Positions 11,701 through 21,987 of a stretch of 64,000 bases of DNA are shown here, in pieces (the first letter of the stretch is position 1; the number at the start of each line of letters is the position of its first letter). Source of the DNA: Clostridia bacterium (lineage in GTDB: Bacteria > Bacillota > Clostridia > Lachnospirales > Cellulosilyticaceae); contig JARBUI010000006.1 of the NCBI GenBank assembly GCA_029239755.1, forward strand, positions 11,529-75,528, read 5' to 3'. A program made the position numbers and the translations under genes. A model generated the notes under the pieces. That model was not told the origin of the DNA. It ran no database searches and saw nothing but the letters and a program-made list of their open reading frames with translations.

Positions 11701-11747
11701 TAAAGAGGGTATCCAGAAAGTTCTATGAACCCTCTAGATACCCTTTA
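11701..11747 (-). terminator. Probable intrinsic terminator
   Basis: AGGGTATC...GATACCCT inverted repeat downstream of the 11761 CDS. Confidence 0.6.
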
Positions 11748-11760
11748 AAAAATAATAGTT

Positions 11761-12465
11761 TTAATCTTGTCCTTGGAAAATAACAGTAACTGTAGTAGAA
11801 GCATCATCCACAGCTGATTTATAGCCTATTCTAATAAACTTCAAGAATTTATTAGCTGTGAGAATCGTATTAGTACTATGAGCAAGAGTAATCTCATCGG
11901 AATCATTTACCCAGTCTGTACCATTAGGACTAAGCTGCACCTGAAGCTTCGCCCCATTAGTTGCTCCACTATTTTTAATAAAGAATGCATAAGTTGACAT
12001 ATCACTAATATCTTGTTGTATTACATACTGATAAGCATTAGTTGTCGCTGCATCTGTAAGAAGTGTTTGATCTGTAAATGTATGCGTATAGTTAACTTGT
12101 AAAACACCATTGCCGTCGGTCTTTAATACCTTATTACTCGTTCCATCATTACCATAAACAACAATGCTGTCGTCTGCCTCGGATACTGCTACTGTTACTG
12201 TATCTGCTGCAGTAAGCGGTCTGATATCTAGCTGTCCTGAAGCATTTGTCTTTAATGCTTTATTATCTGTTCCGTCATTACCATAAACTACAATACTATC
12301 ATTTGCTTCATTAATAGAAACTTCTAGCGGTGCCGCTGTATCGGTTGCAATTTTAAGCCTTCCGGTTTCATCTGCTTTGACATTAATGACATTGTTGCCA
12401 TCTGATGCATAGATCTGGTTTTTTAAATTTGATGGGGAATCTTGGTATACTGGCATTCCAGGCAT
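11761..12465 (-). CDS. DUF6385-like protein with internal repeats (possible spore/exosporium protein)
   Basis: Repeated DSIVVYGNDGT.NK.LKT units and a C-terminal beta domain (FFIKNSG..LQVQLSPNG.DW..FIRIGY). Confidence 0.6.
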   Translation of the reverse strand: MPGMPVYQDSPSNLKNQIYASDGNNVINVKADETGRLKIATDTAAPLEVSINEANDSIVVYGNDGTDNKALKTNASGQLDIRPLTAADTVTVAVSEADDSIVVYGNDGTSNKVLKTDGNGVLQVNYTHTFTDQTLLTDAATTNAYQYVIQQDISDMSTYAFFIKNSGATNGAKLQVQLSPNGTDWVNDSDEITLAHSTNTILTANKFLKFIRIGYKSAVDDASTTVTVIFQGQD

Positions 12466-12557
12466 TATTTAATCACTCCTATTATTAAATATATTGTAGT
12501 GCTAATACAATATATTCAAATGGACATGAAACGTTAATAATATGTCGAATATAAAAG

Positions 12558-13340
12558 TTATTTAAGAGCCTGAAACCAAAGTGTAATAAGATTATCATTG
12601 CATTCTGTCACATTTTTAAAAGCTACTCTTATATAAAAACTGTACTTCCATGGATCAACTACTATAAGCTCCCCTGGTTTTACAGTATAAGTTGGACTGC
12701 CCTCAGCAGAGTACTCTTGATTAGGACTTATGTTTAATGTAATAGTTACATCACTTGTTCCTGCATTATAAATATGATAAACATAATTTTTGTACACAGA
12801 ACAATTTAGCCACTTGGAGTATCTCCAATCAGAAGCAGATAGGCAATCTTCTTTATATTCATACGTACTTGTTTCTTTGTCTTGGTAAGTGGCTATTTCT
12901 AATGAAATAGGGTACGATGATGCTTGTGTACAGAAGGTTTTAGTAAAATAATAGTCGTCATATCCCGCAAATAAACATATTGTAAACCGTTCAAGTCCAT
13001 CAGGTGTACGCATCATTTCTGTCAAATCCCATTCGTACCAGCCTGCTCCATTTACCGAAGTTTGAGTATACGTACAGGAATCCCCTCCTATTATTTTGGC
13101 ATAGATTAATGTAGTAAGTGAAGGATTTTTTCTAGTATTACAAAACATTCTAAGGACAGCCTTCTTTATAGATCTTGATAAATTTAAAGATGCCATGTTA
13201 AAAAATAGTTTACATCTATATGAACTATCCTCATTATCATTCCCTATAAGTATATAGCTTTCCCTCAAGATGCATCCGGTACTTGAGCAATAGTTTTTTA
13301 TCATATAGGGAGTTACTATTATACTGTTCAAGGTTACCAT
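12558..13340 (-). CDS. DNRLRE-like plus DUF6385-like domain protein
   Basis: GWYEWDLTE motif and a C-terminal domain resembling that of the neighbour (YNAG..LNISPN..YIRVAF..LWFQA). CATATAAT (sporulation-sigma-like -10) lies upstream. Confidence 0.55.
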   Translation of the reverse strand: MVTLNSIIVTPYMIKNYCSSTGCILRESYILIGNDNEDSSYRCKLFFNMASLNLSRSIKKAVLRMFCNTRKNPSLTTLIYAKIIGGDSCTYTQTSVNGAGWYEWDLTEMMRTPDGLERFTICLFAGYDDYYFTKTFCTQASSYPISLEIATYQDKETSTYEYKEDCLSASDWRYSKWLNCSVYKNYVYHIYNAGTSDVTITLNISPNQEYSAEGSPTYTVKPGELIVVDPWKYSFYIRVAFKNVTECNDNLITLWFQALK

Positions 13341-13439
13341 CCTTTGAATAAAATACTATTACATTATATGAGTCAGCTGCTATTTTGGAATAATGATATC
13401 GTCAAAAATAATAAGCTGCTAAAAATTCTTAACTAACTA

Positions 13440-13500
13440 TTGACAAAAGGGACCGATAGTTCTACTCTATGACTATAAATAATATAATAGTCATAGAGTA
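13440..13500 (+). promoter_or_regulatory. SigA promoter with overlapping TetR operator
   Basis: TTGACA-N17-TACTCT, with a perfect 14-bp inverted repeat TACTCTATGACTAT-N10-ATAGTCATAGAGTA at 13463-13500. Confidence 0.8.
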
Positions 13501-13503
13501 GGG

Positions 13504-14100
13504 ATGGATAAAAAAATGGGATCAGCCTTTACAGAATACGAGAAAAACATTATTAAAGATCAGCTTAAGGCCTCTGCCAGAGAGTGTATGACAAAGTACG
13601 GTATTAAGAAAACTACCGTTGATCAGTTAACTCAGATGTCTAATATTTCTAAAGGGGCTTTTTATAAATTTTATGATTCTAAGGAATTATTATTTTTTGA
13701 GATTATTGAAGACTTTCACCAAGAATTTTATGAACTTGCACTTAACATTTTACAGGGTCGCACAGATTTAAGCGAGCGGGAGCGTATTGAAAAAGCTATT
13801 TGGGAGTCCTATATGCTTATCCAAACAGCTCCTTTTATAAGTAATATGCAAAGTGAATTATCCTATCTTTTAAGAAAGCTTCCGGAAGATGCATTAAAAA
13901 ATCATTACCATACTGGTAATATTTCTATACAAGATGTCATTAAGGAGTCGGGAATAACCCTATCCGTTTCGCCTGAATTTGTCTATACAGCCATTCATGC
14001 TATAGAGGTACTTCTAACTCATACTGATGACATTGGCAAGCCATACTTCGATGAAGTTCTGAAATTATTTATTAAAAGCATCTCAGAAAAAATAGTCTAA
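13504..14100 (+). CDS. TetR/AcrR-family regulator
   Basis: N-terminal HTH ([25 protein letters not shown]). Confidence 0.92.
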   Translation: MDKKMGSAFTEYEKNIIKDQLKASARECMTKYGIKKTTVDQLTQMSNISKGAFYKFYDSKELLFFEIIEDFHQEFYELALNILQGRTDLSERERIEKAIWESYMLIQTAPFISNMQSELSYLLRKLPEDALKNHYHTGNISIQDVIKESGITLSVSPEFVYTAIHAIEVLLTHTDDIGKPYFDEVLKLFIKSISEKIV

Positions 14101-14120
14101 TTACAGGGAGGCTGGAACTG

Positions 14121-14819
14121 TTGTTTTTAGAAGTTAATTCTCTTGTAAAAAAGTATATGAGCGGTGAAACTGAATTTCTGGCTCTTAATAACCTTTCCTT
14201 TGGCATGCAAAGTGGGGAGATAGGTGTCATATTAGGCCCATCCGGCTCTGGAAAATCTACTTTGATGAATATTATAGGCGGACTTGAAAATGCCACCTCT
14301 GGAAGTGTCAAAATCCAAGAAAACGAAATTGTAGGACTAAACAGTAAGGCGTTAGGTCTTTATAGAAGAAACTTTGTAGGCTTTGTCTTTCAGTTTTATA
14401 ATCTTATCCCTAACCTTACCATAAGAGAAAATATAGAAGTGTGCTCTCATCTAGGTAAAGATCCACTGAATATTAATCATCTTATTGAAAAGGTAGGACT
14501 TAAAGGTCATGAGGATAAATTTCCCTCACAGCTCTCAGGTGGCCAGCAGCAGAGGGTGGCTATTGCAAGAGCCCTTATAAAAAATCCAAAGCTTTTATTA
14601 TGTGATGAGCCTACAGGTGCCCTTGATTATAAAACTTCAAAAGAAGTTCTGGAACTCTTTGAAGAAATTAATCAAAACTACCATACAACAATCATAATGA
14701 TTACACATAATGATGCTATAAAGTATATGGCTCACCGCATTATTTCAATAAAGGACGGTCAAATCAGAAGTAATAAAGTAAACGAACATAGGTTAATGGC
14801 TCATGATATCGATTGGTAG
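14121..14819 (+). CDS. ABC exporter ATP-binding protein (LolD/MacB type)
   Basis: [30 protein letters not shown]. Confidence 0.95.
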   Translation: MFLEVNSLVKKYMSGETEFLALNNLSFGMQSGEIGVILGPSGSGKSTLMNIIGGLENATSGSVKIQENEIVGLNSKALGLYRRNFVGFVFQFYNLIPNLTIRENIEVCSHLGKDPLNINHLIEKVGLKGHEDKFPSQLSGGQQQRVAIARALIKNPKLLLCDEPTGALDYKTSKEVLELFEEINQNYHTTIIMITHNDAIKYMAHRIISIKDGQIRSNKVNEHRLMAHDIDW

Positions 14820-14840
14820 GTTAAAAGAAGGTGATACAAA

Positions 14841-17075
14841 GTGAATTTCAAAAGAATCTGGCGGGAATTTAAAGACCACTTATTGAAAAATATAAGCTTT
14901 ATACTACTTGTTATGATCAGCATCATGATTATTGTAGGCTTTAACAGGGCAATGGACAGCTACATCACCGCTGCTAATAATCTTCATAAAGACTATCATG
15001 TAGAGAATGGTCAGTTCAGAATCTATGGAAGTCTTACTAAAAAACAAGAACTGTCTATGGAAAGGCGTTTCCATATTACTATCGAAGAAAATAAAAATGT
15101 TGATTACGAATTAGATGATACACACACATTAAGAATTATTTGTGCTGATAAGGAAATGAACCAAGTAGCTATTATTTCAGGCGCCCCGTTAAGCAGTGAA
15201 CAAGAGGTTATATTAGACCCCAAATTTGCAGCAGAAAATCATTATGAAATTGGCGATGAAATCATTCTTTATGATAATACCTTTCATATTGTAGGGTATG
15301 GCATTTCCCCAGATTATGTTAATACACTTAAAAACTTGAGTGATTTTTTAAGTTCTCCTCAGACTTTTGGTGTTGCCTATCTCACTGCTTCGGGATTTGA
15401 AAAAATAGATAATACTGATACTAAAACTACCTTATATAGTTATCAAGGTGATTCGTATAACATTTCTCGCCTTCGGGACTATTTAGACGATCGTACACAG
15501 CTGCTGGATTTCAGAGAAAAAGATAGTAATAGCAGAATCCAAGCTGTTTTTGATGACGCTAATGGACCTAAACAGATGTCTGTCATTATTGGTGTTCTTT
15601 TAGTTATTATTGTTGCTTTTATTATTTCTATTTCTATTAGAAGTACCATCAGGGCTGAAAGTCAAACGATAGGCATACTGTATGCTCAAGGATTTAATAA
15701 AAATGAACTGATGCGCTACTATATTATGCTTCCTTCTTTATTAGTCCTGATAGGCTCACTGCTAGGATACGGAGTAGGCATGGTTATCTCAAGACCTTTA
15801 CTCTTCATTGAAGAAGCACAATACTCTCTACCCTATGTAGAATTAATAGACTCCTGGTACTTGATTGCAGTTGGAATGGTGCTGCCTATGGGGATCGCAC
15901 TTTTGATTACAACTTTATCATTGTCTCAGGCGCTCAATAAAACGCCCCTCTCTCTCTTAAACGGGAATCACTCTAATAATAAAGTATCAAAAATAGAAAA
16001 GATCTTTACTTTTAAAAGCTTTAACTTTTTTACAAAGTTTAGGCTAAAGGATATTGTAAGAGAACGAGGCAGCGTTATTGCGTTATTATTTGGAGTACTC
16101 TTGTCTATGGCTATTTTATGTACTGCTGCTTATACGAGAGATTCCTGCTATAAATATGTAGCTGATCTTGAGAAGAATGTCCCTTTTACATACGTCTACA
16201 CGTTTATAGACCAAAAAGATCTTAATAAATACAGTAAAAAAGGTGAGCAAACTGCCTTAAGAAATATCAAAATCGATGTTAAAGGCAGTAAAAAATCTCT
16301 TATGATTCAAGGCATTACTCCTCATAGTCAATTTTTCAAGATCCCTGGTATTCATTCACTAAAAAACAATGAAGTTCTTGTAGCGCCTTGTCTAATCACT
16401 AAGTTTGGACTTCGTATAGGTGATCGGCTTACGCTTATAGATGATGTAGAAAATAAAACCTATAACGTTATGATTAAAGGCATATCCAGTTATGATTACG
16501 GCCAATACCTTTATACTAATATAAAGACTTATAATCATATCTTTAATATTCATAAGCAAAGTTATAATGCTTTGGTTACCAATCAGCCTATTGATATTGC
16601 AGAAGAAAAGGTTAGTTCTACAATGAACAAAAGTGAGATGATTAATGGAATTAAAAACCTCTTAACTATGGTTAATATAATGGCGGATATTTTGCTTATT
16701 GGAGCCGTGGGCATTTTGATGACCGTTGTTTATATGCTCATGAGAATGATTATAGATAAAGCCAAGATCAATATTTCAATGGTGAAGATTTTTGGGTTTA
16801 CTCCAGATGAAGTGAGTAAAATGTACCTTAAGGGTAATTTCGTTATTTTAATTGCAGGATTTATTTTTGCGCTGCCTGCTGGCTATATGATTACGAAAAT
16901 GCTTTATGACAGCATTATGGCTAATATGCAGCAGTATATTTTGCCCTATATAAAACTAAGCTCTATTTTAGGGGCGTTTATCATTATGTCTCTAAGTTAT
17001 ATGGGTACATGCGCACTTTTAAAGAGGAATTTGGACCATGTTCTGCTTACTGAGGCACTAAAGAATAGGGAGTAG
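14841..17075 (+). CDS. FtsX/MacB-like ABC permease
   Basis: Two extracytoplasmic domains each followed by an FtsX TM block (IGILYAQG; ISMVKIFG). Confidence 0.9.
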   Translation: MNFKRIWREFKDHLLKNISFILLVMISIMIIVGFNRAMDSYITAANNLHKDYHVENGQFRIYGSLTKKQELSMERRFHITIEENKNVDYELDDTHTLRIICADKEMNQVAIISGAPLSSEQEVILDPKFAAENHYEIGDEIILYDNTFHIVGYGISPDYVNTLKNLSDFLSSPQTFGVAYLTASGFEKIDNTDTKTTLYSYQGDSYNISRLRDYLDDRTQLLDFREKDSNSRIQAVFDDANGPKQMSVIIGVLLVIIVAFIISISIRSTIRAESQTIGILYAQGFNKNELMRYYIMLPSLLVLIGSLLGYGVGMVISRPLLFIEEAQYSLPYVELIDSWYLIAVGMVLPMGIALLITTLSLSQALNKTPLSLLNGNHSNNKVSKIEKIFTFKSFNFFTKFRLKDIVRERGSVIALLFGVLLSMAILCTAAYTRDSCYKYVADLEKNVPFTYVYTFIDQKDLNKYSKKGEQTALRNIKIDVKGSKKSLMIQGITPHSQFFKIPGIHSLKNNEVLVAPCLITKFGLRIGDRLTLIDDVENKTYNVMIKGISSYDYGQYLYTNIKTYNHIFNIHKQSYNALVTNQPIDIAEEKVSSTMNKSEMINGIKNLLTMVNIMADILLIGAVGILMTVVYMLMRMIIDKAKINISMVKIFGFTPDEVSKMYLKGNFVILIAGFIFALPAGYMITKMLYDSIMANMQQYILPYIKLSSILGAFIIMSLSYMGTCALLKRNLDHVLLTEALKNRE

Positions 17076-17091
17076 TCGATCTGTTTTATTA

Positions 17092-17191
17092 GGTCCGCCA
17101 GAAGGAGAAGGCAGATATTTTGTGGCTCCACGCCTCCCACAGCCAAACCCGAGTCGCCCCAAAACATCTGCCTTCTCCTCCCAGCTAGCCA
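17092..17191 (+). repeat. Dispersed stem-loop element, copy 2
   Basis: GGTCCGCC, arm AGGAGAAGGCAGATATTTTG, core CTCCACGCCTCCCACAGCCAAACCCGAGTCG, arm CAAAACATCTGCCTTCTCCT, then CCAGCTAGCC. Confidence 0.9.
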
Positions 17192-17371
17192 TCGATAATA
17201 TAAATAACGACTTTAAAGAGTAAACCAGCAGCAAGGACATATATTATAAAGACTATTAAAAAGCTTATACATCTGTTAGGATTTTAGTCTTAATTCGCAA
17301 GGTCTCCTCACTTCTAGGTGAAGCTTTAGACATTGAATAAATGAAAGAATAAATAGGAAGGAGAAAATGTA

Positions 17372-18532
17372 ATGAAATCACTAAGTAATGTTAAACTATT
17401 AAGCCTAATTTGTATCGTATGTCTGTTAACAGCATGCACTGGTAATAAACCAGAAGCTCTAGAGACAAGCACAGCAGAGCAAGCTGACATAAATAACGAT
17501 GAACTTGATGTCTATGGGGATGTGAAAGTTAGGAAAAGTGAGGAGATAATTATTGATTTTCCTGCTAGCGTTAAGGAAGTCTATGTGCAGGATGGGGAGA
17601 ATGTTAAAAAAGGCGATATCCTTCTCTCGCTGGATTTTGAAGATTATAAGATTCAGATTAGGACCAAAGAAAATGAAATACATATGGATGAGATACAGCT
17701 TAAGGAATTAGAAGGTAATAATAACCCTCAGCTTCTGGAAGCTGGCCGTATAAGAGAAGAGCTTAAAGTGAAACAAAATTATCTAATAACTGGAGAAGAC
17801 CCTGATTTAAAACCTTTGCAAAATAGTTTAGATATTATTAAACAGTCTATCATAATAGCTAAGAATCAACACGATACTAATAAAGAACTGTTTGAATCGG
17901 GTCTCATTTCACCGGAAGAGTATAAACAAAGTGAGCAAAGCCTTAAAAGTAAGGAAAAAGAAGAAAAAGATACCTTAACAGCTATAGAAAAAGTGAAAAC
18001 TAACAGAAGACTTGAAATAAATGCACTTAGTGCAGCTTTAAAAAGTACTGAAATGCAGTTTAATAATGCTGATCAGCAAAAAATCTCTAGTATAGAGAGA
18101 TTAAAACTCAAAATAGCCGCATCTAAGATGATCCTAGACTCTATGAAAAGTAAACTCAGTAAAGTTTATATAAGAAATAATGATATTATCGCTCCTGAAG
18201 ATAACCTGATTATATATGATATCAACTGTATGAAAGGCACTGAAATAGATGGTTCAAGCGGGGCTGTTTTAAAAGCAATGTACAAAGATACGATTTACGT
18301 TACAGCTGATATTCCTGAAGAATCCTTATCTTCCGTAAGCACAGGGGACTTAGCATGTATTGTTCTTGCTGATGAAGCTCAAAAAGAAATCTCAGGTAAA
18401 ATCTCTAAACTATCTAATCGTGCTATAGAAAAGGATGGGGATACTATTGTTGAGGCTATTATTGAAGTGGAAAAAGGAAAAGAATTATTAAAGCCAGGTC
18501 TCACTGCAGATATTAAATTAATCAGCCCCTAA
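17372..18532 (+). CDS. Efflux membrane-fusion (HlyD/MacA-like) lipoprotein
   Basis: Lipobox LTAC, lipoyl half VQDGENVKKGDILL, long coiled coil, LKPGLTADI. Confidence 0.88.
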   Translation: MKSLSNVKLLSLICIVCLLTACTGNKPEALETSTAEQADINNDELDVYGDVKVRKSEEIIIDFPASVKEVYVQDGENVKKGDILLSLDFEDYKIQIRTKENEIHMDEIQLKELEGNNNPQLLEAGRIREELKVKQNYLITGEDPDLKPLQNSLDIIKQSIIIAKNQHDTNKELFESGLISPEEYKQSEQSLKSKEKEEKDTLTAIEKVKTNRRLEINALSAALKSTEMQFNNADQQKISSIERLKLKIAASKMILDSMKSKLSKVYIRNNDIIAPEDNLIIYDINCMKGTEIDGSSGAVLKAMYKDTIYVTADIPEESLSSVSTGDLACIVLADEAQKEISGKISKLSNRAIEKDGDTIVEAIIEVEKGKELLKPGLTADIKLISP

Positions 18533-18593
18533 CATTATCGAATATTACTGGAAAGCAATTGATATAAACCATTAGATATGATTCTATCTACTC

Positions 18594-18633
18594 AAAAAAG
18601 GCTGCTCCCTCAATTGCTAGGGGGCCGCCTTTT
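18594..18633. terminator. Bidirectional terminator
   Basis: AAAAAGGCTGCTCCCT...AGGGGGCCGCCTTTTT between convergent genes. Confidence 0.7.
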
Positions 18634-18675
18634 AATAAGCCAGCGATATTTTACTTATGTGTTATTTCATAAGGG

Positions 18676-19272
18676 TTATATTACCGGTCTTACTCTAAAC
18701 TTAATATCCATATCTTCTGCTATCTTTTTGCATGCTTCAAGCTGCTCTTCACTCAGCATATCTACTACTGTAAAGGTGACATCTCCAATATACTTTTTGC
18801 ACCCTGCTGCAAACTTAAGGAGGGCTTCAAAAGAGGTTTCTCCAAAAGCTGGTCTTGCTATAGCCATATACTCTTCTTTATTAGGAGCATTAAGGCTGAT
18901 AGACACGGAATCAACTTTACCTGCTAAAAGAGGGGCTGTTTCTTTTTTATGAATAAGGTCTGCAAGTCCGTTAGTATTAACTCTTATTTTAACATTGCTT
19001 TTTGATCTGATATAGTCACATATTTTAATCACATCATCCAGTCTTACGAGTGGTTCACCATAGCCACAGAAAATAATGCCATCATAACTATCTAGGTTAT
19101 GCTTTTCAAATCCAGCTAATACTTCTTCTAAAGATGGATCATGGTCAAGCCACAAATTATCTGAGCCATGTACACTGTCACTTTCTTGTCTGACACAAAA
19201 GGTGCATGCACAAGGACATTTATTTGTTAAGTTAATATATAAACTGTTGTGTATTGTATATAAAATAGTCAT
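18676..19272 (-). CDS. Radical SAM protein (TIGR04100/TatD-associated-like family)
   Basis: YINLTNKCPCACTFC (CxxxCxxC), FCGYGEP, RVNTNG. Start overlaps the upstream stop (TAATG). Confidence 0.88.
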   Translation of the reverse strand: MTILYTIHNSLYINLTNKCPCACTFCVRQESDSVHGSDNLWLDHDPSLEEVLAGFEKHNLDSYDGIIFCGYGEPLVRLDDVIKICDYIRSKSNVKIRVNTNGLADLIHKKETAPLLAGKVDSVSISLNAPNKEEYMAIARPAFGETSFEALLKFAAGCKKYIGDVTFTVVDMLSEEQLEACKKIAEDMDIKFRVRPVI

Positions 19273-19799
19273 TAGGCCTCTCCTTTCAATTGTCTTGTAA
19301 GATGAGCTTTTAATTTCATTGTATCAAAAGCATACGCAATAACTATAAAGAGGACTGCACTGCCTATAGGCTGAAGTGATGATGCTGGAAGCCCAACAAT
19401 AGGTGCTATAAAGTTGCCAAATATAATACCTTCTGCTATAGCATAACCTATAAGCCCAGTGATACCTGCAAGTACTGTAGCAACAATGTTACGCCCCGAA
19501 ACAAACTTACCTGCCTGTGATGTAAAAAAAGGTACCAATAAAGGTTTAATAATCATTGTTGGTATAACCCATATGGCACAGCCTGGTGTGGTAAAGTCTG
19601 ATAACCCAGCTCCTATAGCACCACTAATCATGGCATACGGCATAGGCAGAATGCAGGCAGCAAGGTAAATAGCAGCATCCCCTACATGAATAATTCGGTT
19701 ATTAATTCCAAGGGGAATACTAATACGTGTTCCAACAAATATAATGGCTGCAAATAAAGCGGTCATAATCATAAGTCTAGTTTTTTCTGATTGTTTCAT
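19272..19799 (-). CDS. ECF transporter S component (TIGR04002/DUF1393-like, probable B6 vitamer uptake)
   Basis: Hydrophobic 175 aa with ALFAA, IHVGDA.IY and GAIGAGLSD motifs. Confidence 0.82.
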   Translation of the reverse strand: MKQSEKTRLMIMTALFAAIIFVGTRISIPLGINNRIIHVGDAAIYLAACILPMPYAMISGAIGAGLSDFTTPGCAIWVIPTMIIKPLLVPFFTSQAGKFVSGRNIVATVLAGITGLIGYAIAEGIIFGNFIAPIVGLPASSLQPIGSAVLFIVIAYAFDTMKLKAHLTRQLKGEA

Positions 19800-20629
19800 T
19801 ATATATCCAGCTCCTTTAAAAACATTTCATACATAATACCTTCATTGGTATCTAGTCCAAATTCTACAGTATACTTAATAGCCTTGCTAATAAACTGAGT
19901 GGCTATCCTGACACTTTCTTCTAATTCATGTCCATGTGTAAGATATCCGCATACAATAGATGCAAAAATATCTCCTGTTCCGCTATAAGAAATATTATTA
20001 TAAGGTACTCCCACTTCGAAATAATCTTCTTTACTAAAATCCATCCCTATATTAAATAAATACTCTGGACGATTTTTATCCACTGCACCAGTTATAATTA
20101 TTTGTTTGGTTCCTAACCTCAAGAGCTGCCTGCCATGCTCTAAGAGCTTCTCTTTATTTATGCCTTCTTTTAAGAAATCATATCCTGTTAGGAGTGCAAA
20201 TTCAGTTAAATTAGGAGTAATGACATCTGCGTAGCGAATAAGTTTTTTCATATGCTCTGGATAATCATTAGGGTAAATAGCATACAGCTTCCCATTGTCC
20301 CCCATGACAGGATCTATCATTACCAGTGTTTTATCTGTCTTGAACTGCGTTATAAAGTCTGTAAGGAGATCTATCTGCTCCGTGGAACCTAAAAAACCTG
20401 AGTAAATAGCATCAAATGTATAGCCAATCTGTTTCCAATGTGAATAATACTCTTTAATATACTGTGTGAAATCTAAGAATGAAAAATTCTTAAAGCCTGT
20501 TTGGTTAGATAGAATAGCTGTAGGCAGCGGACAGGGCTGATTTTTTAAAACAGCTAAAATAGAAATCGCTGCATTTAAAGAACATCTTCCAATACCCGAT
20601 AAGTCATGAATAACCGCAATTTTTTTCAT
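19799..20629 (-). CDS. pdxK: Pyridoxal/pyridoxamine kinase
   Basis: IHDLSGIGRCSL, YSGFLGS, DPVMGDNG, ITPNLTE, GTGD. Confidence 0.9.
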   Translation of the reverse strand: MKKIAVIHDLSGIGRCSLNAAISILAVLKNQPCPLPTAILSNQTGFKNFSFLDFTQYIKEYYSHWKQIGYTFDAIYSGFLGSTEQIDLLTDFITQFKTDKTLVMIDPVMGDNGKLYAIYPNDYPEHMKKLIRYADVITPNLTEFALLTGYDFLKEGINKEKLLEHGRQLLRLGTKQIIITGAVDKNRPEYLFNIGMDFSKEDYFEVGVPYNNISYSGTGDIFASIVCGYLTHGHELEESVRIATQFISKAIKYTVEFGLDTNEGIMYEMFLKELDI

Positions 20630-20646
20630 TTAAGTACCTCTTCATC

Positions 20647-20769
20647 AATTGTATCGATACAGTTTCATTTTATTTTAGAATTATTAGTTGTATTTTTACA
20701 TAACATTCATGGTTAGTCAATATTAAAGAAGCTATAAAATAATAGAATCTGTTATTGTATCGTTACAAT
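20647..20769. promoter_or_regulatory. Two palindromic operators flanking the pdxK promoter
   Basis: TTGTATCGATACAG at 20649-20662 and TTGTATCGTTACAA at 20755-20768. A minus-strand -35 TTGACT lies at 20715-20720. Confidence 0.7.
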
Positions 20770-20893
20770 TCCTACGCCACACAAAAATAGCCGACTTCTT
20801 CAAAATGCAGAAATCAGCTATTTTAACTTTAATTAATGTAATACTTGAAGCTCAGGTAAAACTAAACAACTTAAGTTGAAGCAGCTTTTAAAC

Positions 20894-21736
20894 TTATTTA
20901 AGATCCTTTATAGCAACCGGGTCCATATCAGTGAAGGTTTGGTTTTCACCAACCATTCCCCATATAAAGGTATAGTTTTTAGTACCACATCCGGAATGAA
21001 TAGACCAGCTTGGTGAGATAACAGCCTGCTCATTTCTAACTACAATATGTCTTGTTTCATTTGGCTCACCCATATAGTGGAATACTGCATTTTCATCATC
21101 CATATCAAAATACATGTAAACCTCCATACGTCTTTCATGGGTATGGGCTGGCATGGTATTCCATATGTTTCCTTCCTGAAGAACAGTCATACCCATAAGC
21201 AGCTGACAAGTTTCAAGTACTGATGGATGTATGAACTGATAAATAACTCTTTTGTTGCATGAGCTTTGGTCACCCATTTGAACATTATTTGCTTTAGTCA
21301 TGTCAATTTTTACATTTGGATATGTTTTATGTGCTGGAGCAAAGTTAATATAGAATTTTGCAGGCTTACTTATATCACTGCTGGAAAACTTAATACTTTT
21401 TGCGCCCATTCCCACATAGAGGCCGTCCTTATGATTCATTATGTATTCCACGCCATCAACTACTACTTTACCTTGACTTCCTATGTTAAAGAGCCCCATT
21501 TCACGTCTTTCAAGGAAAGAGTCTGTCCCCAGTACTTTCTGCGTGCTAATCCCTTCATTTAAATCAATAGTCTTATCTATTGGCATAATCCCCGCTACGA
21601 TAATTCTATCAATGTGGCTGTATACAAATGTTTTTTCTGAAGGTGCAAAGAGTTTTTCAATTAAAAATTCAGAACGCAGTTCTGAAGTAGTATAGTGTTT
21701 TGCATCATTTGGATTTGCTCCATAACGAATATTCAT
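20894..21736 (-). CDS. kduI: 4-deoxy-L-threo-5-hexosulose-uronate ketol-isomerase
   Basis: [38 protein letters not shown]. Confidence 0.96.
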   Translation of the reverse strand: MNIRYGANPNDAKHYTTSELRSEFLIEKLFAPSEKTFVYSHIDRIIVAGIMPIDKTIDLNEGISTQKVLGTDSFLERREMGLFNIGSQGKVVVDGVEYIMNHKDGLYVGMGAKSIKFSSSDISKPAKFYINFAPAHKTYPNVKIDMTKANNVQMGDQSSCNKRVIYQFIHPSVLETCQLLMGMTVLQEGNIWNTMPAHTHERRMEVYMYFDMDDENAVFHYMGEPNETRHIVVRNEQAVISPSWSIHSGCGTKNYTFIWGMVGENQTFTDMDPVAIKDLK

Positions 21737-21775
21737 TTCACAATCCCTCCTTATATTCTATACACCATATTATGA

Positions 21776-21790
21776 GACATCATACAATCT
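21776..21790. promoter_or_regulatory. Probable GntR/FadR operator (kduI/gntR intergenic)
   Basis: GACATCATACAATCT, an identical 15-mer also present at 22730. Confidence 0.7.
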
Positions 21791-21987
21791 TATGACTATT
21801 ATCCTATATATCTTGTCCGCCTTTGCCAGAATTCTGTCTCAGTGCCTCCCTTATTCAGACAGGCCTTGAAAAAATTATAAATATCCATCAAATGTGGAAT
21901 ATTAGATGACACTCTCAAATAAGATAATATTGAGTGTTGTCAGACAATAAGATGATACGGCATTCAGACAAAGGAGATGGTTAATAT

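Noticed and set aside
17058-17240. 60-aa minus-strand ORF over repeat copy 2
   Set aside because: It arises from the GC-rich repeat, overlaps the permease 3' end, and is not preserved in the other copies.
17297-17323. GCAAGGTCTCCTCACTTCTAGGTGAAG resembling an IS200/IS605/IS607 right-end remnant
   Set aside because: Too short and degenerate, with no tnpA/tnpB trace.
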